64,000 bases of DNA from Verrucomicrobiia bacterium (GCA_031290985.1 JARLJW010000111.1:180228-244227), one strand, 5' to 3'. Shown: positions 47,195 through 56,192, numbered from the stretch's first letter. Program-made: numbers and translations. Notes: generated by a model from the sequence alone, not told the origin.

Positions 47195-47698
47195 ATGGCC
47201 AAGAACAATCCCGATCCGATCTCCGACAAGGCGCGCGCCCTCAATGACGAGATCGCGGCGCTGGAGGCGGAGATCAAGAAGCTGGATGCGCAACTGACGA
47301 AGTCGCCCGCGCCAAGATACCGCTCCACCGCCCTGCCCCAGGGCCAGACCATTCCGCGCGCGGTGGAAAAACCCGCACCGCCGGCCGAGCCGGTCTTTGA
47401 AGAGGTCAAGGTCAAGCCGCTCCACGGCCGCGACGATTCCGCTTCGCCTGATCATTACAACGAACTCGGGGTGCGCAAGTACGACCTGCCGGCGCTGTGG
47501 AACCGCATCCGCAATCATTTCCGCGGGCCGACGACCAACAATCCGCGCCTGGTGAACTACCTTGCCGCCGGCGGCGTGCAGGGGTTAAAACCGCTGCGCT
47601 ATGAGAAGCGCGTGGCGCGCAACCGGGTTGTCGTGCTGGCCTCGATCTTACTGGTGATCCTGCTGGGCATATTGTTGCTGTTAAGACGTCACTATTGA
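47195..47698 (+). CDS. Hypothetical tail-anchored protein with a short N-terminal coiled coil
   Basis: 167 aa, 6 nt after the upstream stop. 'ARALNDEIAALEAEIKKLDAQL' and a C-terminal TM helix 'VVVLASILLVILLGILLLL'. Confidence 0.6.
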   Translation: MAKNNPDPISDKARALNDEIAALEAEIKKLDAQLTKSPAPRYRSTALPQGQTIPRAVEKPAPPAEPVFEEVKVKPLHGRDDSASPDHYNELGVRKYDLPALWNRIRNHFRGPTTNNPRLVNYLAAGGVQGLKPLRYEKRVARNRVVVLASILLVILLGILLLLRRHY

Positions 47699-47699
47699 A

Positions 47700-48197
47700 A
47701 TGAAGACTCCGTTGATTGAACTGCCCATCGTCACGAGCGAGGGGATTTTTTTGGCGCATTATTCTGACAAAGGACTGGCCGGGCTGGATTTTCCATCCCG
47801 GCGCAAAGGTCGCGTGCTCTCCGCCAATCCCAAGGCGCCGGCGCAAATCTTCCGGTGGCATCGGACCGCCACGCGGGCGTTGAAGGCCATGCTGGCCGGA
47901 CGCGAACCCGAAGACCTGCCGCCGCTCGATTGGACGGGCACCACGGAATTCCAACAATCCGTCTGGGGCGTGATGCTGGCCATTCCCACGGGCAAGACCA
48001 AGAGCTACGGCGAAGTGGCCAAGGCGATCGGCAAGCCCAAGGCGGTCCGCGCCGTGGGCAGCGCGTGCGGGGCGAACCCAATTCCGGTGCTGGTGCCGTG
48101 TCACCGGATTTTGGCGGCGAACAACAAGATTGGCGGTTTTGGGGGCGGGTTGGATTGGAAGCGCAGATTGCTCGCGGGCGAAGATATTATTATTTGA
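47700..48197 (+). CDS. ogt: Methylated-DNA--protein-cysteine methyltransferase
   Basis: 165 aa. 'IPTGKTKSYGEVAKAIG' and the active site 'IPVLVPCHRIL'. Confidence 0.9.
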   Translation: MKTPLIELPIVTSEGIFLAHYSDKGLAGLDFPSRRKGRVLSANPKAPAQIFRWHRTATRALKAMLAGREPEDLPPLDWTGTTEFQQSVWGVMLAIPTGKTKSYGEVAKAIGKPKAVRAVGSACGANPIPVLVPCHRILAANNKIGGFGGGLDWKRRLLAGEDIII

Positions 48198-48950
48198 TCA
48201 CCTTCGCCCGTCATACCATCGGCGGGCGGTTTGGCGGCTAATTTTGATGCGGCGGGGGACAAAAAGGATGTAATACAACATTTTGAAAGATGCGAGCGGT
48301 GAATGCTCTTTCAGCCTGCGCGCCGAGGTCAAGATTGGATGGCGGTGCAGAATGATAAATCGTTTCCCGGTTTCCTTGGCCAGCTTTTGCAATCGACCGC
48401 CCAGTTCCCAATCTTCGCCGGCAAAGGTTTCGGTGCTGAAACCAGCAAGTTTTCGAAACGTCGCCGCCTCGATAAACATAAATGGTCCATGAAGGAACCG
48501 CCGCTAGCGAAATCCAATATTCAGGATGGGCATCATCAGTCCAGTGATGAAGTCACTTTGATCCCAGCAGATGGTCGCGCCGCCGGCGAAACAGGTGCCG
48601 GACTGAATCTCCTTCGCCAGGTCGGCAAACAGTTCCGCACCGGGATGGGAATCGGCATCCACGAAGACCAGCCAGTCGCCGGTGGCCGCCGCCGCGCCGG
48701 AATTGCGCGCGCGGGAGATTTGGTTGACCGGCTCAAACACAACGGTCGCGCCCGCCGCCCGCGCGATTTCCGCCGTGCGGTCGTGGGAATTGTTGTCGCA
48801 GACGATCAATTCACTTTCCCAGCCGATTTGCGCGAACGCGCCGCCCGCCAGCTTGATTTGCGCAAGCGTTTCGCCCAGCAGTTTTTCCTCGTTGAAGGCC
48901 GGGACGACGATGGAAATTCTCACCTCAAAAGCATAGCCGCTTTGGGGCAA
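48198..48950 (-). pseudogene. Family-2 glycosyltransferase interrupted by an in-frame TAG
   Basis: ORFs 48504..48950 ('ISIVVPAFNEE', 'CDNNSHD', 'VFVDADS') and 48198..48479 are in the same frame (both ends are 2 mod 3). They are separated only by TAG at 48504-06 plus 8 sense codons. Confidence 0.7.
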
Positions 48951-48984
48951 TGCTCAAACCTCAATGCCGGCTCCGGCAATTCGT

Positions 48985-49944
48985 TCACTTCGCCGTCAGC
49001 CGGATGATTTCCTTCAACGTGGTCTGCGGTTTGAACTTCACGAAGCGGTCGAGTTTTTCCACGAGGGGTTTACGACGGCGCATGTCGTCGAAGCCGGGGG
49101 CGTAGGCCTGGTCGTAGGGGATCAGCTCGATCTTGGATTTGGAGCCGAGCGTGGTCACGACGAGTTTGGCGAGTTCCAGGATGGAAACCTCCTCCGTGCC
49201 GCCGATGTTGAAGATTTCGCCACGGGCCGTTTCACACTGTTGCAGGCGCACGAGGGATTCCACGGCATCATGCACGAAACAGAAGCAGCGGGATTGCGCG
49301 CCGTCGCCGAAGACCTTCAGGGACTCGTTCTTTTTGGCGGCGGCGATGAAGCGGGGCAGCACCATGCCGTAGCGCCCGGTCTGGCGCGGGCCGACGGTGT
49401 TGAACAGCCGCGCGATGGTGACGGGCAGGCCTTTTTCGCGGGCGTAGGCGAGCGCAAGAAATTCGTCCGTGAGCTTGGCGCTGGCGTAGCTCCAGCGCGA
49501 ATGTCCGGGAGGCCCAATGAGCAGGTCGTCATCTTCGCCGAACTCCGGCTTGGCGCTCTTGCCGTAGACTTCCGAGGTGGAGGTGAGCAGGAGCGGCGTG
49601 GAATGTTTTTCAGCGGCGCGCAGGAGGATCTGCATCTCGTTGAAGCTCGCCTCGAGGACGTGCAGCGCGGATTTCACCACGAGTTCCACGCCCACGGTAG
49701 CGGCCAAGTGGAAAATAAATTCCGCATCGGCGCACAACTCCGGCAGTTCCGTGCAACTGGAGATCTTCGACTGGATGAAACGGAAATTTTTATTCATCGC
49801 CACGGCGCGCAGATTATCGCGGCTGCCGGTGGACAAATCATCAATGACCACGACGCTCTTGCCATCGGCAAGCAGGCGCTCGACCAGATGAGCACCGATA
49901 AATCCAGCCCCGCCGGTGACGATGATATGTTTCTGATTTTTCAT
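48985..49944 (-). CDS. NAD-dependent nucleotide-sugar epimerase/dehydratase (extended SDR)
   Basis: 319 aa. 'IIVTGGAGFIGAHLVERLL' and 'YASAK'. ATGA overlap with the upstream amidase gene. Confidence 0.9.
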   Translation of the reverse strand: MKNQKHIIVTGGAGFIGAHLVERLLADGKSVVVIDDLSTGSRDNLRAVAMNKNFRFIQSKISSCTELPELCADAEFIFHLAATVGVELVVKSALHVLEASFNEMQILLRAAEKHSTPLLLTSTSEVYGKSAKPEFGEDDDLLIGPPGHSRWSYASAKLTDEFLALAYAREKGLPVTIARLFNTVGPRQTGRYGMVLPRFIAAAKKNESLKVFGDGAQSRCFCFVHDAVESLVRLQQCETARGEIFNIGGTEEVSILELAKLVVTTLGSKSKIELIPYDQAYAPGFDDMRRRKPLVEKLDRFVKFKPQTTLKEIIRLTAK

Positions 49945-51059
49945 TTGAGCGCGTTTGCGACGGCTTCGGCGAGATGCTGGCGGTAGTCGCTGGCTTCAAT
50001 CTTGCTGGATTCGGCGCGGTTGGAAAGAAATCCGCCTTCGATCAGGATCGCGGGGTGATGGTGTCCGTGGAGCACGCCCATGAAGCGGGCGCGGCGCACG
50101 CCCCGGTCCTCCTCGCCGCTGGCGCGCAGGACGGCCCGGTGCAGGCGGACGGCGAGCTGGAAATTTTGCTGGTCGTAGGCGTTGTTCGGGAACCATTGCG
50201 CCAAGGGGTCCGGGTTGCCGCGGGTGAGCGTGGAGGTCATGCCCTGCGGCGTAAGGCAGTAGGTTTCGAGGCCGCTTTCCTTCTTGTCCGGCGCGGCGGA
50301 GTTGAAATGCAGGCTGATGAACAGGTCGGCGTGATGCGCTTCCGCAAAGGCCACGCGATTGGAGAGCGAGACATCCACATCGGACGTGCGCGTGAGAAAA
50401 ACCGTCCAGCCGTTGGAGACGAGCAAGGGCGCCAGCCGCCGGGCCCAGTCGAGCGTGAATTCCTTTTCGGTGTGGCCGTCGAAGATGCAGACGGTGCCGG
50501 CGTTGACGCCGCCGTGGCCGGGGTCGATGACGATGACGCGGTTGGTGGCGGTGAACGCCAGCGGCGGATCGGTGAGCAACGGTTCAAAACTCTTCCGCAG
50601 GTCCAGGCCATGGACGAACACCTGGCCGTCGATGAATTCGGGCGCGAAGCCGAGATGGATGCTGGCGCCGTTCCAGGTCGCCTCGCGGCTGCCGATGGCC
50701 AGCACCAGAACGCCCTGCCGGGAGCTGACCGTATAGGTGGTGAGCGGCGATTTGGACAACAGCAAGGGGACGCCGAGCTTTTGTTCGGCCGTCCAGCGGC
50801 TGAGGGAGGTGTAAGCGTAAATGATCGGCGGCTTGACGGCCCGGACCAGCGGCTGGTTCGTGCGGACGACGGGCTGATTGGTGGCGGGGGAATTGGTCAG
50901 GTTGAGGACCGGGATCGGCTGCCACGTGACGGGTTTGGACGGAACGCGAACGGCATTGGTGTCCGACCATTCCGGGGGCGGCGGCTCGACAGGCGTGGCG
51001 CAGCCGGCAAGCAGGAGCAGCAACGCGGCACCAAAAAGAATGACCACAGGTTTGAACAC
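49941..51059 (-). CDS. N-acetylmuramoyl-L-alanine amidase (Amidase_3), lipoprotein
   Basis: 372 aa. Lipobox 'LLLLAGC', 'VIDPGHGGVNAGT', 'ADLFISLHFNS', 'GLETY'. Confidence 0.88.
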   Translation of the reverse strand: MFKPVVILFGAALLLLLAGCATPVEPPPPEWSDTNAVRVPSKPVTWQPIPVLNLTNSPATNQPVVRTNQPLVRAVKPPIIYAYTSLSRWTAEQKLGVPLLLSKSPLTTYTVSSRQGVLVLAIGSREATWNGASIHLGFAPEFIDGQVFVHGLDLRKSFEPLLTDPPLAFTATNRVIVIDPGHGGVNAGTVCIFDGHTEKEFTLDWARRLAPLLVSNGWTVFLTRTSDVDVSLSNRVAFAEAHHADLFISLHFNSAAPDKKESGLETYCLTPQGMTSTLTRGNPDPLAQWFPNNAYDQQNFQLAVRLHRAVLRASGEEDRGVRRARFMGVLHGHHHPAILIEGGFLSNRAESSKIEASDYRQHLAEAVANALK

Positions 51060-51217
51060 GCGTCCATTTTGCGCAAGGGGAAAGCGGACTCAAGCTGTTT
51101 CGGGAAAAAGGCGGGTTTTTGCCATCCGCAAGGGGCAGGCGCGGAACAATGACTCCCCAATTGGGGCGTCCATTACGGCTTTGAAAATTCAGGTCGTGGG
51201 TTGAATTCCACCCCTCG

Positions 51218-51253
51218 CCCTAACCCTCTCCCCTCCGAGGGGCGAGGGAACCG
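51218..51253. repeat. 36-nt hairpin repeat, copy 2
   Basis: Identical to 31499..31534. Located in the divergent amidase/ubiX intergenic region. Confidence 0.85.
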
Positions 51254-51309
51254 AAGGGCGCGTCTCGGCCTGCTTGTCCACTGGCTTGTTTGCGAAAGCG
51301 AATTCCGGC

Positions 51310-51879
51310 ATGATGAGCGCAGTGAAAATCTTAGTCGCCATCACCGGGGCCAGCGGCGCGCTTTACGCGCAGCGGCTGCTGGACAATCTCGATCCCCGCG
51401 AGCACGAACTGCACGTGGTGATGAGCCATTACGCGCAGCAGGTGGTGGCGGAGGAGCTGCCGGGCGGCCTGATCTTTCCCGCCGGTGTGAAACCGCACGG
51501 CTTGAAGAGCATGAACGCACCGTTCGCCAGCGGCTCGAATCCGCCGGACGTGATGGTGGTGATCCCCTGTACGATGGGCACGATGGGCCGCATCGCCCAC
51601 GGTTACAGCGAGGATGTGCTGCTCCGCGCCGCCGACGTGGTGTTGAAGGAGAAGAAGAAGCTCATCCTGGTGCCGCGCGAAACCCCCTTGAGCCTCATCC
51701 ATGTGAAAAACATGGAACTGCTGCTGCTTGCAGGGGTGACGCTGATTCCGGCGAATCCCAGCTTTTATTCCGGTGCGAAAACGGTGGTGGAACTTGTGGA
51801 CACGGTGGTGGCGCGGGTGCTGGATCATATTGGGGTTAACAACAAACTGGCACCGCGCTGGGCAGAGGAGCCTGAGTAA
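51310..51879 (+). CDS. ubiX: Flavin prenyltransferase UbiX (or MqnL-type)
   Basis: Track ORF from TTG 51274; ATG 51310 is preferred. 'KILVAITGASGALYAQRLL', 'VIPCTMGTMGRIAHG', 'KLILVPRETPL'. Confidence 0.9.
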   Translation: MMSAVKILVAITGASGALYAQRLLDNLDPREHELHVVMSHYAQQVVAEELPGGLIFPAGVKPHGLKSMNAPFASGSNPPDVMVVIPCTMGTMGRIAHGYSEDVLLRAADVVLKEKKKLILVPRETPLSLIHVKNMELLLLAGVTLIPANPSFYSGAKTVVELVDTVVARVLDHIGVNNKLAPRWAEEPE

Positions 51880-51884
51880 ATAAA

Positions 51885-51919
51885 GAGGATAGAAGATTGA
51901 GGATGGAGGATAGAAAAGA
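51885..51919. repeat. Degenerate heptamer array (GAGGATA GAAGATT GAGGATG GAGGATA GAAAAGA), left flank of the four-helix-bundle gene
   Basis: Five 7-nt units with a GGATG-type core. It is an inverted counterpart of 52334..52368. Confidence 0.75.
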
Positions 51920-51937
51920 CACAACACCACAAGCATT

Positions 51938-52321
51938 ATGGCTATCATCAGAAGTTTTCGAGAACTGCGGGCTTATCAGCAAACCCGCCAGGAAGCCCAA
52001 CGAGTATTCGTAATGACCCAGACATTTCCGAAAGAAGAAAAATTTTCCATGACCGACCAAGTCCGCCGCTCATCGCGTGCGGTTAAATCCATGATCGCGG
52101 AAGCTTGGGGACACCGGCGCTATCAGGCTGCGTTTGTCAGCAAATTAGCTGACGCCATTGGTGAAGCAAACGAAACCCAATCATGGCTCGATGATGCGCT
52201 GGACTGCGGCTACATCAGCAAAGCCCAGCATCAAGACTTTGATGCGGCGTGGCAAGGGATTGGCGGCATGATCAACAACATGATCAATAAAGCAGATGAA
52301 TTTTGCAGCAGCGCACGTTAA
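51938..52321 (+). CDS. Four-helix-bundle protein (23S rRNA intervening-sequence protein / Avd family)
   Basis: 127 aa. 'FRELRAYQQTRQEAQRVFVMTQTFPKEEKFSMTDQVRRSSRAVKSMIAEAWG', 'AIGEANETQSWLDDALDCGYIS'. Noticeably more AT-rich than its neighbours. Confidence 0.85.
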   Translation: MAIIRSFRELRAYQQTRQEAQRVFVMTQTFPKEEKFSMTDQVRRSSRAVKSMIAEAWGHRRYQAAFVSKLADAIGEANETQSWLDDALDCGYISKAQHQDFDAAWQGIGGMINNMINKADEFCSSAR

Positions 52322-52324
52322 AAA

Positions 52325-53248
52325 ATGTCTTTGCCATCTTCCATCCTCCATCCGCTATCCGCCATCCGCAAATGGGGAAGTTTCGTGCGTTTTTCGCACA
52401 CGGTCTTTGCGCTGCCGTTTGCGCTGGCGGCGATGCTGGTGGCGGCGCGGGGCAACCGGGGCTGGCCGGGCTGGCGGGTCTTCGGACTGATCCTGGCGGC
52501 GATGGTCTGCGCGCGCACGTGCGCGATGGCGTTCAACCGCATTGCGGACCGGAAATTTGACGCGCTGAATCCGCGCACGAAGAACCGGCATCTGCCGGCG
52601 GGGGAAATTTCGCTGTTCAGCGCGGTTTTCCTCTGCGCGCTCGCGGCGGCGGGATTGATCGTGGCGAGTTATTATCTGAATCCGCTCTGTTTTTACCTGT
52701 CACCGGTGGCGCTGGTCGCGGTCTGTTTTTATTCGCTGACGAAACGGTTCACGGATTACACGCATGTTTTTCTGGGCATCGCGCTGGCGCTGGCCCCGAT
52801 CGGGGCCTGGCTGGCGGTGAAGGGCGCGGACGTTTCCGGGCCGGAAATCTTGCAGATGACGCTGCTCGCGGCGGCGGTGATCTTGTGGCTGGTGGGTTTC
52901 GACATCATCTATGCGCTGCAAGATTACGAGTTCGATAAATCCCACGGACTGCGCTCGCTCGTCGTGGCGTGGGGGCCGCAGAACGCCCTGTCCGCCGCGT
53001 TTCTCGCGCACATGGTGATGTGCGGGCTGCTGTTCGGGTTTGGTTTCCTGTGCGGATTTCGCATCACGTATCTGATCGGGTGGATGATCATTTTGCTCTG
53101 TCTGGTGATGGAGCATTGGATTGCGCGGCGACGCGGGTTGAACTGGATCAACGTGGCTTTTTTCCGGCTGAATGCACTGGTGGGGGTGGTATTTCTGGTG
53201 GCCGTGGCCGCAGAAGTGATTTTTAAGGGCGGATTCCGGTTTCGATAG
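52325..53248 (+). CDS. ubiA: UbiA-superfamily aromatic prenyltransferase (UbiA/MqnP-like)
   Basis: 307 aa, polytopic. 'ARTCAMAFNRIADRKFDALNPRTKNRHLPAGEIS' and a second Asp-rich region 'YALQDYEFDKSHG'. Confidence 0.85.
   Translation: MSLPSSILHPLSAIRKWGSFVRFSHTVFALPFALAAMLVAARGNRGWPGWRVFGLILAAMVCARTCAMAFNRIADRKFDALNPRTKNRHLPAGEISLFSAVFLCALAAAGLIVASYYLNPLCFYLSPVALVAVCFYSLTKRFTDYTHVFLGIALALAPIGAWLAVKGADVSGPEILQMTLLAAAVILWLVGFDIIYALQDYEFDKSHGLRSLVVAWGPQNALSAAFLAHMVMCGLLFGFGFLCGFRITYLIGWMIILLCLVMEHWIARRRGLNWINVAFFRLNALVGVVFLVAVAAEVIFKGGFRFR
52334..52368. repeat. Degenerate heptamer array (CCATCTT CCATCCT CCATCCG CTATCCG CCATCCG), right flank of the four-helix-bundle gene
   Basis: Five 7-nt units with a CATCC core, overlapping ubiA codons 4-15. 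Positions 52343-53 are the exact reverse complement of 51901-11. Confidence 0.75.
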
Positions 53249-53357
53249 ACGTGGCCTGGTCTCACGCAAAGGTTTTGAACAGCATCGTGGCTGTGCGGTC
53301 AAAGGGAGAAATAATTCACGGATTGACGCAACCCTTTAATTGGCTTTAATACGCGGC

Positions 53358-54659
53358 ATGAACCTCCGGCTGCTCCTGCTGGTGCTTTGTCTGGCGGGCA
53401 ATGTCCTGCTGGCCATGGCCTTGGTGCGGCCGCAGCGGGCGGGTTCGGCCACGGCAGACTCCCCGGCAAGCAATCCCCATTTAAAGCAGGCGGTCGCGGC
53501 ACCGGCGACGACCACCACCGCGACGGATGCGGCGGCGGAGGGAACGACGAACGCGGCGGATTTTTCGTGGCTGCAATTCACGCTGGGAGATTATGCGCAA
53601 TACATCAAGGACCTGCGGGCGTTCGGCACGCCGGAGCCGCAGGTGCGGGAGATCGTGTTCGGCGCGATCGATGCGACGTACCGGCCGCGGCGGGGGGCAT
53701 TGATGCCGCCGCCCAAAAAGCGCGACGACACCAAGTTCTGGGTGCGCCGGAATCCGTTTGGCGGCCAGGCCCGGATGACCCCGGAGCAAAAGGAGCAGAT
53801 GCGAGCCTTGCGCAAGGAGGAGGCGGACCTGGTGAAATCGCTGTTCGGCCCGGACATCTATGAGCAGATCGCCAAAGATGCGGGCGGCACGGGCAGCGAC
53901 TGGATGGAACGGCAATACGGTTTTCTGCCGAAGGAACTGCGGGAAAAAGTGCAGGAGATCGAGGAACGGATGAACGACGACAAGTCGGAGGTCTACGCCC
54001 AGGCGCAGGAGGACAATGACTGGCAATCGCAACAGTCGGACCTGCGGAAGATCGAAAAGAAATATCGCGATGAACTGGCGAAAGTTTTGACGCCGGAACA
54101 ATTGTTTGAATGGGACCTGCGCCACTCCCAAATTGCCGACCAGATAAAGAACAATGAACTGTCGGCGTTTGATCCCACCGAGAGCGAGTTCCGCGCGGCG
54201 TTCAAATACCAGCAGGTGATGGACGAAGTCAACCCGCCGCGCGACCCGAACAGCGACACCCCGAATCTCACGCCGGAGGAACGGCAGGCGGCCGCCGACA
54301 AACGCAAGGCGGCGGAGGCGGAACTGGCGGAGGCCCTCGGCACCAACCGCCTGGCGGAATTCAAGCTGGAGCAGGATTACGGCAACCGCTCGCTGATCGA
54401 GGCGGGCGTGCCGAAAGATTCCGTGTTCAAGCTGGCCGACATCAAAAAAGAGTCCGATGATGCGGTGCGGAAAATCCGCCGGGACAAAACGCTCACGCCG
54501 GACCAGCGGGCGGATGCGCTCACGGCGATCCAGAATGAGACGCAGGCCAGCGTCAACGGGCTGCTGGATGACAAGCAGTACAAACGCTATCTGAACCAGG
54601 GCGGTTATTGGCTGCGAAACATCGCCCCGCCCAAACCCCAACCCGTGCCGGCCCCATGA
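53358..54659 (+). CDS. Hypothetical membrane-anchored protein with repeated LTxxQ-like helical motifs (paralogue A)
   Basis: Track ORF from TTG 53340; ATG 53358 gives the TM anchor 'MNLRLLLLVLCLAGNVLLAMAL'. Motifs 'MTPEQKEQMRAL', 'LTPEQLFEWDLRHSQIADQ', 'LTPEERQAAADKRK', 'LTPDQRADALTAIQ'. Confidence 0.7.
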   Translation: MNLRLLLLVLCLAGNVLLAMALVRPQRAGSATADSPASNPHLKQAVAAPATTTTATDAAAEGTTNAADFSWLQFTLGDYAQYIKDLRAFGTPEPQVREIVFGAIDATYRPRRGALMPPPKKRDDTKFWVRRNPFGGQARMTPEQKEQMRALRKEEADLVKSLFGPDIYEQIAKDAGGTGSDWMERQYGFLPKELREKVQEIEERMNDDKSEVYAQAQEDNDWQSQQSDLRKIEKKYRDELAKVLTPEQLFEWDLRHSQIADQIKNNELSAFDPTESEFRAAFKYQQVMDEVNPPRDPNSDTPNLTPEERQAAADKRKAAEAELAEALGTNRLAEFKLEQDYGNRSLIEAGVPKDSVFKLADIKKESDDAVRKIRRDKTLTPDQRADALTAIQNETQASVNGLLDDKQYKRYLNQGGYWLRNIAPPKPQPVPAP

Positions 54660-55954
54660 GAATCAGCGTGCTCATCCTCGTTTCGCTGGCGGTCAATGTG
54701 ATGCTGGCGGCCGTATTTTTCCATCAGCACAGCGCGACGACGGGCGCGGCGGGCGACGGCAATTCCACCGCCGCCGCAACAACGGGAGCGGCGGCAGCGG
54801 CGGCGGACAATGCCGGCGGGCAGGCGGATGGAACCATGGCAACGCTGGCGGGAAAGTTTTCGTGGCGGGATTTGCCGGCGCAGGAGCTGAAGGAATACAT
54901 CCGCAAATTACGGGCGGTGAACTGTCCGGAGGTGACGGTGCAGGATTTGATCATCGCCGAGGTGAACCGGCGGTTTGCCGCAAGAATCAATGCGCCCTTT
55001 CAGGATCCCGACGTGGCCGGGCAAAATGATTACTGGAAGCCGTTCCAGCGCAAACAGGATCCGGAGAAGGCGAAAAAGAACCGGGCGCTGTTCAAGGCCC
55101 GGTCCGCGGCGGAAAAGGAGAAGACGGCGCTGATCGTGGAGCTGTTCGGCTTCGACGTGCAAAAACAACGCCTGAAGGAGGAGGGTTACGACCCGGACAA
55201 CAACTGGAATTATGCCACGGGCGACCTGGCCTACCTGCCGGAGGCCAAGCGCGGGCCGGTGGAGAAATACCTGGAAGATTTCCAGGACAAGATGCAGGAA
55301 TTTTACACGCGCGTCGCCGGCGGCTGGGATGCGGATGCGCGCGCGGAGCAGAAGAAGCTGGAGGCGGAAAAGCTGGCCGGCCTGGCGCAGTTCCTCACGC
55401 CGCAGGAAGTGCGGGAATATGAACTGCGCAACTCGCAAATCGCCCAACAGATCAGTTCCGACCTGCACGGGGTGGACCTGACGCGTGAGCAATACGAGGC
55501 CTTGTATGACATCCAGAAAAAATACGGGGACAGCATTTATAATTACGGCGACAGCGGCAACACCCCCGAACAGCGCCAGCAGGTGGAGCAGAACAAAAAG
55601 GACATGGCGGCGGAACTCGCGACCGCGCTGGGGCCGGACAAACAAACGGAGCTGGAGCGCGCGCAGGATTATCAATACCAGCAGTTGAAGAGCCTCGCGC
55701 GGCACAACGACCTGCCGGTGGACACGGCGAACAAAATCTACGACTTCAAGCAGACGGCGGAGAAGGCGGTGGAGACGTTGAAGGCCAACCAGGACCTGAC
55801 GGTGGAACAGCGCCAGGCCGCGGCCGCAGATATCCGCGCCGAGACTGAAAAATCAGTCCAGGCCGCGCTGGGGGACAAGCTGTTTCAACGTTATAAAAAA
55901 AACGGCGGGTGGTGGATCAATAATCTGGCACCGACGCCACGGCCGAAGCAGTGA
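54656..55954 (+). CDS. Hypothetical membrane-anchored protein with repeated LTxxQ-like helical motifs (paralogue B)
   Basis: Track ORF from 54608, trimmed to ATG 54656 (ATGA overlap with paralogue A). Same architecture: TM anchor, Ala/Thr/Gly linker, 'FSW', 'YI.KLRA', 'LTPQEVREYELRNSQIAQQ', 'LTVEQRQAAAADIR', C-terminal 'GGWW'. Confidence 0.7.
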   Translation: MRISVLILVSLAVNVMLAAVFFHQHSATTGAAGDGNSTAAATTGAAAAAADNAGGQADGTMATLAGKFSWRDLPAQELKEYIRKLRAVNCPEVTVQDLIIAEVNRRFAARINAPFQDPDVAGQNDYWKPFQRKQDPEKAKKNRALFKARSAAEKEKTALIVELFGFDVQKQRLKEEGYDPDNNWNYATGDLAYLPEAKRGPVEKYLEDFQDKMQEFYTRVAGGWDADARAEQKKLEAEKLAGLAQFLTPQEVREYELRNSQIAQQISSDLHGVDLTREQYEALYDIQKKYGDSIYNYGDSGNTPEQRQQVEQNKKDMAAELATALGPDKQTELERAQDYQYQQLKSLARHNDLPVDTANKIYDFKQTAEKAVETLKANQDLTVEQRQAAAADIRAETEKSVQAALGDKLFQRYKKNGGWWINNLAPTPRPKQ

Positions 55955-56192
55955 GGGGTTTTGTCGCGGCGGTGCAGAGGCTCAAATGGAAGAGAAGTTG
56001 GAGCCTCCTCACGTCGGCTGCCACCGGGGTTGGGGAGATAGAATGCTTTGGTTACAATATGCGGCGCGCGCGGAGGTCCGAGCCGGACGGGCGCGCGTCC
56101 TACCCGCCACTTCATTAGCCCTGCTTTTTGCATATTAGATGGAGGATAAAGATTTTTGGTAACACTTTTGCGGTTTTGCTTCTGTAGTGAGC

